This document shows, piece after piece, positions 13,111 through 24,000 of a stretch of 64,000 nucleotides of DNA. A program made the position numbers and the translations under genes. This DNA is from Pecten maximus. Its lineage: Eukaryota. How positions within the stretch are numbered: position 1 is the first letter of the stretch; each line of letters begins with the position of its first letter. The DNA lies in NCBI RefSeq assembly GCF_902652985.1, contig NC_047019.1, forward strand, positions 24,552,001 through 24,616,000, read 5' to 3'. The notes under the pieces are model-generated. The model was not told where the DNA came from and made no database searches. It worked only from the letters and a program-made list of their open reading frames with translations.

Positions 13111-15709
13111 ATCTGAATATCACAGGTTTTTCTCAGTAATACGATTGAGAACAAAAGTCAACCGAACGAAACCTCCACTGCAAAGAAGGCTATTCTAATA
13201 AGATTGTCTTTCATTGAACAGATTTTCTTGATATCGTAAAACACAATACATTTGCTATATTGAAAATCTTACAGGGTCTCTATATTGTCAGCAAAAGTTA
13301 CGAAAATAAGGTAGATCTGTCATGGAATGAAGGTTCCATTGCAATTTTTTTCACCTTTTCCTAGCCTCAATGTTTTTCTTTTTTTTTTTTTTTGCTTATT
13401 GCTTAGTCTTCAGGAGTATGACTGAGTGCTTATCTCTGTTTACATTGGACTCAAATGAACTTGTGTCGCTTAAATAAAACATTCGTAAAACAGATAGGCA
13501 ATAATACACAACGTTATGGTTGAATTCCAGTTCAGTACAAACCAATAAAGAAAACATACTAATAGTAATAGGTGAGAATGTATATACTGTACACTATCCT
13601 ATCACTGATGATACACACATGGAAAGCAGAAACAGCGCTATATATACTCCTGGGGAATTAATATTTTAAATAACATATAGCTATCACTTCTATTTGATAT
13701 GTATTTGTATAACAATATGTGTAACGGGAATGAAACAGATCAGACGCACTCGAATGTTTCGCAGTAATGACAATAAATGGTGAGCTGTAATCTGGTTGTT
13801 GTAGCTACCCTGTAAGATCATATACGATCAACATACAACTGTACATGAACATGATTATCTAATTAGCCCAACACTAACATATTGGATATATGAGTACAAA
13901 GTGACGTGTATATCAGATTCTAATTATACTGATTATACTGTATATTAAGTGGCATGCAATAACCTCTAGCTAGTGATAAACATGGCGTCATTAACGTGAA
14001 TCAGCAAATCAGGTATTTCAGTACAATAGAATTATCTTAAAACAATGAGGTACATTTCGACATCTGAGTTTGGTAATATCGTCAAAAGATGGTGATATTT
14101 ACGTATTTGAAGATAAGTACGATTGTCCCGATTTGTTGATTTCACATTACAATGACCAGAAACTCGCATACCTAGTTATACAGGTGATATACAGGTTTCA
14201 TATAAAGCGTTGATACTGCTAAATTGAGCATTTAGGTGCGTATTTGCTTCTGTGATATATCACAACATACATGTCTTGTAAATACCAACCTATTAGATAC
14301 GTCCAGTGAAATGCTATACATCAATCATAGATATGAATATACTGATATATAGTGCATACAAACTAATCTTATCTAAACATATATCTATCTACATCTCTAC
14401 GCATTTATTCTAGCAGATTCATACCTCTCCAGCCTGAAAAAATAAACAATATAAAACATCTGTTAATAGGATATTCCTTTATATTTTATTGTGACGATTA
14501 TCGTGATGATAAGGCTTTTATCAGCTAGAAACAAAATAATTTATTTAGAGGCATTGACAAAGTTTCTTGTGTCGGGTAATACATAAATAATATTGACGTA
14601 GTATATACATTAAGATATGCAAATGAGATGTCGTCATAACATCCGAACGGCTAACGTCATACGTCCAGACAGTGCTGTGATAAGGACTAGACATACGATA
14701 CTGTTTAGGAGTAATTAGTTCTTACTGTATAACATTATGTAAATATATTCATGACGTTTTTCGAAACTTTGTAATTGCATACTATTGTATATCATAAGAA
14801 ATAAAAAAAAAGTTAAATAATATATTGTACATCACTTTACACCATCACTGATCGGAGGAGATGTAAGAACATTAATTAGATACCGGGGATTTATATTGCT
14901 TTTTGCTCAGTTAGAAATCTAAATGACAGTATGATGATTCGTATAGCTTTTCACAGAAAAATAGCACCATTCACAAATTATCGATTTCTTTTTACCTAAT
15001 TCAAAGATAAAACTGATCCTTGTATTGTGATCGTAGCATATCACTATCCAGTGTACCCGACTCTATGTCTTAAATGGCATTTACTTTAAGCCCTATAGAT
15101 GCCTGATCAAACCGGGAGAAATCAATTTCACTCGACTGCAAATACCATGATCTCTCTCCGGAAGCCAAGCGAAACATTTACATCAAATTGGCTATTTTAT
15201 AAATCATGATCATGTCCAGGCTTATTCTACCGAATACTCAATTTTGCTTTATATGATGTTAAGCTTACCGTCACTTGATGGAGATTGCTATTCTGATGTT
15301 CTGTGTTTAATGCGTCAATGAACGCTACATTCATACTGTTATAGCGGTGTTATAGGTCTCTATACCCGGGTGTTATAGAAGGTACATACGACGACAAAAT
15401 AGCCATCGTAGAAGTTTTAGTTTACTATCTATGGTGGAGTTTTCACGTATAACATTGTCTTAGCCATTACAAAACTTTGTATGTATATTTATATGTAAAA
15501 GACATTGAGCTTAGTTTAGGCTGTCTAGGTCATTTATGGTATGTTTAACTTGCTTCCATAGCCTTCATTGAATATAAAATTGCACTGTTGTTACATATTC
15601 GAAACATCAGTTCGACGCTTTTGTATGAGCGTTTGAGATGAAATTTGGGAGTGACATCTAGTTATTTCGAATAAATAGCAATTCCATGTAACAGTTTACA
15701 ACACGACAT

Positions 15710-15895
15710 GGTACTCGAAGAAAAACTGGAGTCAATTAAATAGTCTCCCAAAGGAACGGTGTTCTCCATGTTCAATTTTCCCTATAAAAGCATCTTACGA
15801 TCTGGATGATAATGAATTTGATATTTCTATTCAGGATTGTACATCTTTAGCTGACAACATTAAATGATCTCTTCTATAATAGAATATTGCTTTTT
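15710..15895 (+). mobile_element. Possible decayed LINE ORF2 C-terminal Cys/His relic
   Basis: Fragments resembling ETG..LPKER.C..C...D.NEF...C across frameshifts. Confidence 0.25.
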
Positions 15896-16930
15896 TAGTG
15901 AACTAACGGGTGTACAGAAGTGTTTCAAATGTTTTGCCCGGTTGCTATTTTGTGTTTACATTGCTGTATAACGGAATAGTAACGATTAAGCGCCTATAGA
16001 ATATGAAACAATATGTCTTTAAACATTTAGTTTTTAATAACATCTAGTATACAATAAAACTCTTAACTACACAGCCTTAAATGAATAAATACTAGCTTCA
16101 GTAATAGTCTTATGCAATCCATTCCTACACATTTTGTTGCAACACATCAGTTCAAACTATTTAATCGTGATCCCAGACTAAAATAACCTCATCGAATCAT
16201 CATCGTTTGTTAAAGGTGTGAAAAGTGGCATGATTATTCTGAAATGTTATAGATTACAATGTATGGGTCTCCCTAATAAAACTTTCCATTACCAATCGAC
16301 ATTGAAATAAACCAATGCGGCATTTTACTTTAAACAATCATGAAGTGGACGGTATGGATCGTTATCAAACTTGAATGTTAGAATTTAGAATATATCATAT
16401 GAGAATAAACTTGGCTTGACTATGTGGGTTTTCATTGATTATCTTATCAGTGGACAAGGCCATATTGATAATATAAAACGCTTAATGGTATGTCTTTATG
16501 ATTTTACTTATGAAAATCAGAAAGCTGTAAATTTTCATATCGAATGTATGCTTTTCGGCATAAATGAACCTATATCACGGCATTGTATTACAATATATTA
16601 TGTAGTAAAATTACTTATATATCATAATTAAACAACGAATTAATTTTGAAATAACATTTAGGTATATCCTGACATAACAATCTTCAATTTTCTATATTTC
16701 AACAGCCTTCCTTTTTATGTAAACCAAGAATATCAATGTACTAGATATGATATTTAACACTTTATATATTCTGTATGCATACCGGATATTTCTCTACAAA
16801 ACTTTTTCTCCGATAAGGTATAAAAATCCACTTAGCTTACAGATAAAACCAATAGAATATTTCAAAATGATATCGGAATTCATAAAAAATTTACAAATCA
16901 TTCATAATCATAATTACATATGTGACTTAC

Positions 16931-17009
16931 CTGCTGATACAGATGATATATTTACGGATAGGTATACACAACATGTCGCAGCGAATAACCAGATACACCT
17001 GTGGTTCAT
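16931..17009 (-). CDS. GGNG/GGNamide precursor, signal-peptide exon (first coding exon)
   Basis: aaagATG...TCA GCA G|gtaagt, 79 nt (26 codons + 1). It encodes MNHRCIWLFAATCCVYLSVNISSVSA: basic N-region, hydrophobic core and V-S-A (-3,-1) cleavage site, placed immediately before the peptide as is typical of EP/CCHamide precursors. Confidence 0.88.
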
Positions 17010-17126
17010 CTTTAGCTGTCTCAAAGTTCCAAAGTAACGGGCAAACAAGTGTGCAAGAACTCCAACCAAGCCTACTAAGCCTTTAGATATGTACAGTTAG
17101 ACGGCCTTGTATAGGTGTGCTATCTG

Positions 17127-17193
17127 GGAACGAGTCTTGTATTGCCAAACGGTACTCGTTCCTCTTTGGTGTGAAACTTTTTAAATCACCAAT
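17127..17193 (-). promoter_or_regulatory. Candidate core promoter/5' UTR start of the neuropeptide gene
   Basis: Minus-strand TATA-like GATTTAAAAAG (17187-17177) about 29 nt upstream of a GAGTA and about 170 nt upstream of the ATG. A 9-bp inverted repeat ggaacgagt/actcgttcc spans 17127-17162. Weak: an upstream non-coding exon is equally possible. Confidence 0.25.
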
Positions 17194-18029
17194 ATTTGTA
17201 TGGAGTGTTTCTAGTTAACTACTATCGCGTGTCGGTTCAGAATGTGTAGTTTTTAGTGCTTACCGCCCCCGTGAACGGCATACATTGACACTACCTAGGC
17301 CGGTATAGGGATGGTCAGGAATCATGGATCGGTTTATCAGACTGAGCAAAGAGACAAGGTATTGGATATTGGCTTGCTAGGGGGGAGGCCTTGCTGAACA
17401 AACACGCACGGTTTCTCTATTATTGATTGCTAATAGATGTATAGTAATTCACTACAACTATTACATCAGCTCACAATAAAACATTCTCGCCCCCTTTATG
17501 CATTTTTGTACCAAGAGAGGCGATATAGAAATCTAGTAAGGGGTCAAGGGATTTGTCATAGTACTTTTATTCGTCATCACTTCATGGTTGTTGTGCATTT
17601 TGACATTTTTGAAAACAAACTAAACAAACAGTTTCACCACCATCGATGTGTATTTGATGATCTTTCAAAAATATCAAACGGTGTTGGTTTGGAAGCGTAA
17701 ATAAGCGAATCATCAAAAATGTTAAAGTCTGTTAGAGTTGACATGTAATTTCTATATCGTACCGGAGTTAATTTTAACACAACTTTCAATTATGCAGTTT
17801 TGAATTAGTCTATTGTTTCAAAAATTATAAAGGAAAACAGTCATTGCCATCAATGTAAACCAAATACTTATTAAAATCGTATAATGAATACTGTACAGCA
17901 ATACACTTGTCCTTCTTCTTTCAATGTTTCCTACATATTTGTTGATATTATCTTTATGATTAATACTGGCGTTAACACACCATATAGCTATTGTGCAGTT
18001 TGATACAATCACGTTGATCTACTGAACAT

Positions 18030-20280
18030 TTTGACACGGCCAAGTGTTATGTATTGTACACTTTGATACGGTCACGTGCTACGCTTGTAACTACCGTGCA
18101 ACTTAACACGTTCATGTGTTATCAACTGTACAGTGCGTTACGATCATGTGTTACGTACCGTTCATTTCGATACAGTCACCTGTTATGTTATACATTATGA
18201 TATGGTCACATATTATCTGCTGTATATTGTGATACGGTCACGTGGTATCTGTTATACAGTGGATACGGCCACGTGCTATCTGTTGTACATTGAGATACGG
18301 TCACATATTATTTGTTGTACATAGTGATATGGTCAAGTGTTATCTGCTGTAAAAAAGCAAATGCAGCATTTTGGGAGTGGGACGACTGGTTGGTCCGTTG
18401 TCAGTACAACGCGACCGGATGGGGTGTCCTGCAGTATGCTTCAGTGGGGTAGCACTATACATCTGTAAAAGTTAACGTTCCGGCCTATCACAAGGAGACT
18501 TAACACGAAATACCGCAGCCCCCACAAACACATATACGCACTAACCACACGCATGCATATCGCAAACACGAAAGGCCGTCCTTAAATTACCATAGCTGTT
18601 AATAGGACGTCAAACAAATGAAACCAAACCAAACCAAGCATTAAACAGTCACGTATTATCTGCTGTTCAGTGTGACACGGTCACGTGTTATCAACGATAC
18701 AACGTGATACAGTCACGTGTTACCTACTGTACAGTATGATACAGTCACGTGTTATCTACTGTACAGGGTGATACAGTCACGTGTTATCTACTGTACAGTA
18801 TGATACGGTTACGTGTTATCTACTGTACAGTGCGATACAGTCACGTGTTATCTACTGTACAGTGTGATACAGTCACGTGTTATCTACTGTACAGTATGAT
18901 ACGGTCACGTGTTATCTACTGTACAGTGTGATATAGTCACGTGTTATCTACTGTACAGTGTGGTACAGTCACGTGTTATCTACTGTACAGTGTGATACGG
19001 TCACGTGTTATCTACTGTATAGTATGATACAGTCACGTGTTATCTACTGTACAGTGTGATACGGTCATGTGTTATCTACTGTACAGTGTGATACGGTCAC
19101 GTGTTATCTACTGTACAGTGTGATACGGTCACGTGTTACAGTGTGATACGGTCACGTGTTATCTACTGTACAGTGTGATACGGTCACGTGTTATCTACTG
19201 TACAGTGTGATACGGTCACGTGTTATCTACTGTTCAGTGTGATACAGTCACGTGTAACCTACTGCACAGTGTGATACAGTCACGTGTTATCTACTGTACA
19301 GTGTGATACAGTCACGTGTTATCTACTGTACAGTGTGATACAGTCACGTGTTATATACTGTACAGTGTGATACAGTCACGTGTTATCTACTGTACAGTGT
19401 GATACAGTCACGTGTTATCTATTGTACAGTGTGATACAGTCACGTATTATCTACTGTACAGTGTGATACAGTCACGTGTTATCTACTGTATAGTGTGATA
19501 CAGTCACGTGTTATCTACTGTACAGTGTGATACAGTCACGTGTTATCTACTGTACAGTGTGTTACAGTCACGTGTTATCTACTGTACAGTGTGATACAGT
19601 CATATGTTATCTACTGTATAGTGTGATACAGTCACGTGTTATCTACTGTACAGTGGGATACAGTCACGTGTTATCTATTGTACAGTGTGATACAGTCACG
19701 TATTATCTACTGTACAGTGTGATACTGTCACATGTTATCTACTGTATAGTGTGATACAGTCACGTGTTATCTACTGTACAGTGTAATACAGTCATGTGTT
19801 ATCTACTGTACAGTGTGATACAGTCACGTGTTATCTACTTACAGTGTGATACAGTCATGAGCTACACTTGTAACTACCGTACAACTTCACACGCTTACGT
19901 GTAACCTACTGTGTTACATACAATATTGTACTGGTCATTTCGATACGGTCGAATGTTATATATTGTGATATGGTCACATATTATCTGCTGTATAGTGTAA
20001 TACAGTCACGTGCTATCTAATATAGAGGTTGATACTGTTATGGGCTGTATACTGTACAGCGTGATATGATCACGTGTTACATGCTGTACAGTTGATACGG
20101 TCTGCTGTATATTGTGATATGATCACATGTTATCTGTTGTACAGTAGATACGGTCACATGTTATCCGCTGTATATTGTGATATCATCACGTGTTATATGC
20201 TGCAATGTGTGATACGATCACGTGTTATCTTCTCTACAGTGTCACATGTCAACTTGTATCCATCATGTTTAACTTCACAC
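18030..20280. repeat. 32-bp satellite rich in CACGTG; homogeneous core 18645-19858 (about 38 units) with degenerate flanks
   Basis: Unit gtgatacagtcacgtgttatctactgtacagt, containing the palindromes CACGTG and ACTGTACAGT. Confidence 0.97.
18361..18637 (+). mobile_element. 5'-truncated MetaSINE-type SINE inserted in the satellite flank
   Basis: gcagcatt..gggagt..gactggttggtcc..tcagta.aa.g.gacc resembles the Meta domain. 3' tail gtccttaaattaccatagctgttaataggacgt followed by (aaacc)n. Confidence 0.75.
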
Positions 20281-21249
20281 CGCACATGGACATATTATAA
20301 CTCTTAATGAAATCAAGTCGGCGGTTAAACCTGACCGTGTTGTCTGTAGTCAGTTGTCGATATATATGTCATTGGAATCGAGCTGATAAACTGATACCTG
20401 TATATACGCGAGGAAGGGGAAACGTAAATAAATAGGTATATTTTATATATTCCAAGGGTATATCTGATCGACCTGGTCGATAAAGTTACTAGTACTTTAA
20501 TATATTCGTAAATATGTACAAAGTACTAATAGGCTCTTCAATATCAACCCCGTACGTGCATCAAGAACACTTTCAGGTGAAAACAGTTTTTGTTCATAGC
20601 AGGTGATGATATGTAATTTTTTGATTTCCTCATTTTATGAACGTTAATGAGTCTTTTAATCTGCTGATGTGATATCATTATTTTCACGTGGATATAATTT
20701 GACATTGCTTCATTTAAGAATGAAACATCTATTAAAATAGATAAGTCTGTCTGATTCTCTTGAACTGATTGTTTGCCTCATAAAAATACTTTCCCTGCAA
20801 ATGATTTACCCTCAAACTCATTATTTTGATATCATAACGATGATGCAAAGTCATTTATACGCAACCAATTTAATGAAAACAAAAGAAATATGAGACGAAT
20901 TGATGCATGATCGATGTAACATGCCAATCATCATAACCCGTAAACTCTGTACATTACCATGCCATTATGTCTTATTAGAAACCGCCAAGCATAGCATTAA
21001 AAATAACCAAACAATAAAAAAGACAATGATTTAATGGGGTTTCGTGTGTGATTTTCCTGCGAGTATCGCTAGTAGTAGACATAAACTTGCGGAGAAATGT
21101 TAACTTCAATATTTAATATGCACGTAGACGATTAAGAAGATCGTATTTTTTATAGAAAAATGCGTCTCCTACAGATAATCAAAAGAAATAAGGTAGAAAA
21201 AACAATATTTTAGATATCTAATTTTAACGAGGTAGGTATATATCTAACT

Positions 21250-21834
21250 TACCATACAGTAAAGATCGCAATTCTCAATAATGAATTAATAGCATTTCGT
21301 GACTTTAAACAACTTGATAATGTGTATGTGTTAATCTGGTTATCAAGCAGACCTAATCAATTTTGTGAAGAGAAAATTTGGTAGTCCTGACTGACAAGGA
21401 TTTCTATAACTTATTAGATGACTTACCTGCAGACACAGCCACAAACCAGTCATGCAATTTCTGTTTGTGCTGTTTTAACATCGGTAGCAAGAAATAAAGA
21501 CTTCCATGGGTTTTTTTTTAATTTGAGCTGTGTATTCTTATAAAAAACTCTAAACAAGTTAAGTTCAATTCACTCTGAACACTGACAGTGAATTAGCTGC
21601 AACATACTCTTGCTTTATCCATTATCTGGCATATTCTGCAACGGAATCCATAAGTATCTTAAGATTCGTATTATATTTAATGGAAGGATTATCTTGATAG
21701 TTTGGACCCTTCATGGAAATCCTCAATAAATCATCATATTGAATAATGCAAAGATCACCAGTTACGACGTGTACAACAGGACAATCATTGTAGATGGACT
21801 GAAAAGTATGCTGCGTTCGAAGGTACAAAAACAT
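21250..21834 (-). mobile_element. Penelope-like retroelement RT N-terminal relic
   Basis: HVVTGDLCII..DLLRISMKGPNY..NLKILMDSVAEYAR followed by LHDWFVAVSAGKSSNK. These resemble the H(V/I)ITGDL..KGPKYRE..MDSVEDYAR and LHDKYVVVPADKASNN motifs of bivalve PLE ORFs. Confidence 0.7.
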
Positions 21835-22039
21835 ATGATTAGAATTAAGATCTTGCAGTGATTCCTAGCATTCATCTTTTAAAATAATAGAACGAAATGA
21901 CGACAATTTGTATAAAAACATATCCTTTGAATCAGCATTGTCATAATCTCTGTATAAGACACAAAAAAACCCAACAACAACAACAACAAAAAACGCCGAC
22001 AAAATAACAAAAAAGTTAACCACACAAAACAAAAAAGAT

Positions 22040-22682
22040 ATACCGACGTAATAAAAAAGAATACCGAAATAATAAAGGCAAACAATACCGACATAATAAC
22101 AAAGCAAACTGAAATAATCACAAATAATACCGACATAATCACAAAGAATACCGACTTTAAAGCAAAGAATATTGACATACTGACAAGGCAAACTGACATA
22201 ATGACAAAGAATACTGACATAATAACAAAGAAAACCGACATAATGACCAAGAATACCGACATAATGACCAAGAATACCGACATTATAACAAAGAATACTG
22301 AAATAATAATAAAGAATACTGACATAATGACGACGAATACCGAAATAATAACAAAGAATACTGACATAATGACATCGAATACTGACATAATGACAAAGAA
22401 TACTGACATTATAACAAGGAATACCGAAATAATAAAAAAAAGAATACCGACATAATGACAACGAATACTGAAAAAAATAACAAAAAATACAGACACAATA
22501 ACAAAGAATGTCGATATATTAACAAAGAATACCGACATACATATGTAATGACAAAGAATACCGACATTATAACAAAGAATACTGAAATAATAAAAAAAAG
22601 AATACCGACATAATGACAACGAATACTGAAAAAAATAACAAAAAATACCGACATAATGACAAAGAATATTGATATAATGACA
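22040..22682. repeat. 21-bp minisatellite (aagaatactgacataatgaca), about 30 copies
   Basis: Direct inspection. It accounts for ORFs 21865-22461, 21879-22619, 22201-22455 and 22409-22714. Confidence 0.95.
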
Positions 22683-23784
22683 CGTTCCAATGCTAAAGTT
22701 CTGATATATAACATTTTATAATCGAATGAAGGTCCTATATTTACCTTTTCAATGATTATTCACAATATCATGAGCAGATAGTTTCCTTATATTAGAAGTT
22801 TTAAAATATCAAAAACTGTTTTCAATACTACTCCATATATAATAAATCCTGGAATACAAATGAGAAAACTGAATTATTTTCCATATAAAAAAACCCCAAT
22901 ATGTTACGCTACGAGAGCCGATGCACTTGTTTTCGTACTGAAATGAATACATGGCAATATAAAAAGAAATATATGTACCAGAGAAGAGGTATCAATGAAA
23001 ATTGGTCCGTTTAAATCAAAGAAGCGTCCAATTGAAACATTGTGCCATATTGAAAATATTTCACCCATAACGAACATCAAAAACTGTTAATTGCCAGGAG
23101 TTTCCCAAATGAGCGCTTTAACAAAATATGAAATGCCCTTCAAAGGGAACCGTTTTTATGCATTCGAGAGGGTAATTGCTCCGTGATTTATATATAGACA
23201 ATGTTTACTAAACTATGAGAATATTCATAACGGAAACAACATGCAAAGAAAGGAAGAAAAAGACAACACAAGTTAATTTGTTTGAGTTCAATGCCTCATT
23301 ATTTTGTCAACATAAGAATTGGAATAAAGCAACAGCAGTGCCTAATAAATCGTCATTACCTGATACTTGTTCCTGATCATCTGTGAGTTTTAAAGTTCTT
23401 CCATATATTATCAGCTGATTTGTATCAAGCGGCAGAAAAAGCAACCCTATTTTTTATGGTATACGAATATGAAGAAACTTCGCACTTCCTTGCATTGTAT
23501 GAGGACAAAAAGATGTAAAAATGCCTCGCGCCGTTTAGTACATTTTAAACAACAAGTGAGGATGAACGGATTTTGATATAATGACACATTGCAATAACTG
23601 ATTAAATATTAAATAAATTATAAACCGAATAAAACATATTTATGATATCAATATCTCGTCTTTTAAGAGTCATTAAATTTTAAATCATCCCAAAGCTGTA
23701 GGTATATAAATGTTTATAAATTTTTCTATTCGTTCTCTAGAGTCGAGTTTTTATGGCGTTTCGGTACAATTCGAAGAATTGTTA

Positions 23785-24000
23785 CGCCTTTTCGATGGCG
23801 TAGAGATGAATTGGATTTACAGAAGTGATAGGTCGGACACTTTCATCCGCTACGTGAATGATTTTCATCCTACTATCACCACGGAAACCTCTAGAGAGAC
23901 TAATACGTTCCATGACACCTCATTTAGGTTAGTCAATGTCAAGGTCATTGCCTATCTTAATTTCGAGCCACGAAAAACAGATACCTCGGCCCAAATAATA
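23785..24000 (+). mobile_element. Penelope-like RT C-terminal relic
   Basis: W..SDTFIRYVNDFHPTI-TTETSRETNTFHDTSFRLVN.KVI..L...KTDT resembles F..YLNSFHPTIKFT.E.S...I.FLD..V....GKI.T.LY.KPTD. Confidence 0.65.

Larger units (their letters stand above)
3683..16930 (-). other. 13,248-bp GT-AG intron of the GGNG precursor gene
   Basis: Donor GCAG|gtaagtca at 16930 and acceptor ttcacag| at 3683. Both flanking exons are phase 1 and join in frame (G+GG = Gly). Confidence 0.85.

Noticed and set aside
18645-19858. CRISPR-like 32-bp palindromic repeats
   Set aside because: Head-to-tail units with no spacers, no cas genes, and a eukaryotic context.
21427-21480. Alternative signal-peptide exon (MLKQHKQKLHDWFVAVSA-G)
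   Set aside because: No hydrophobic core, and the sequence is explained as a Penelope RT relic; kept only as a low-interest exonisation candidate.
21865-22714. Long hydrophobic ORFs (198 and 246 aa) resembling membrane proteins
   Set aside because: Products of the 21-bp A-rich minisatellite.
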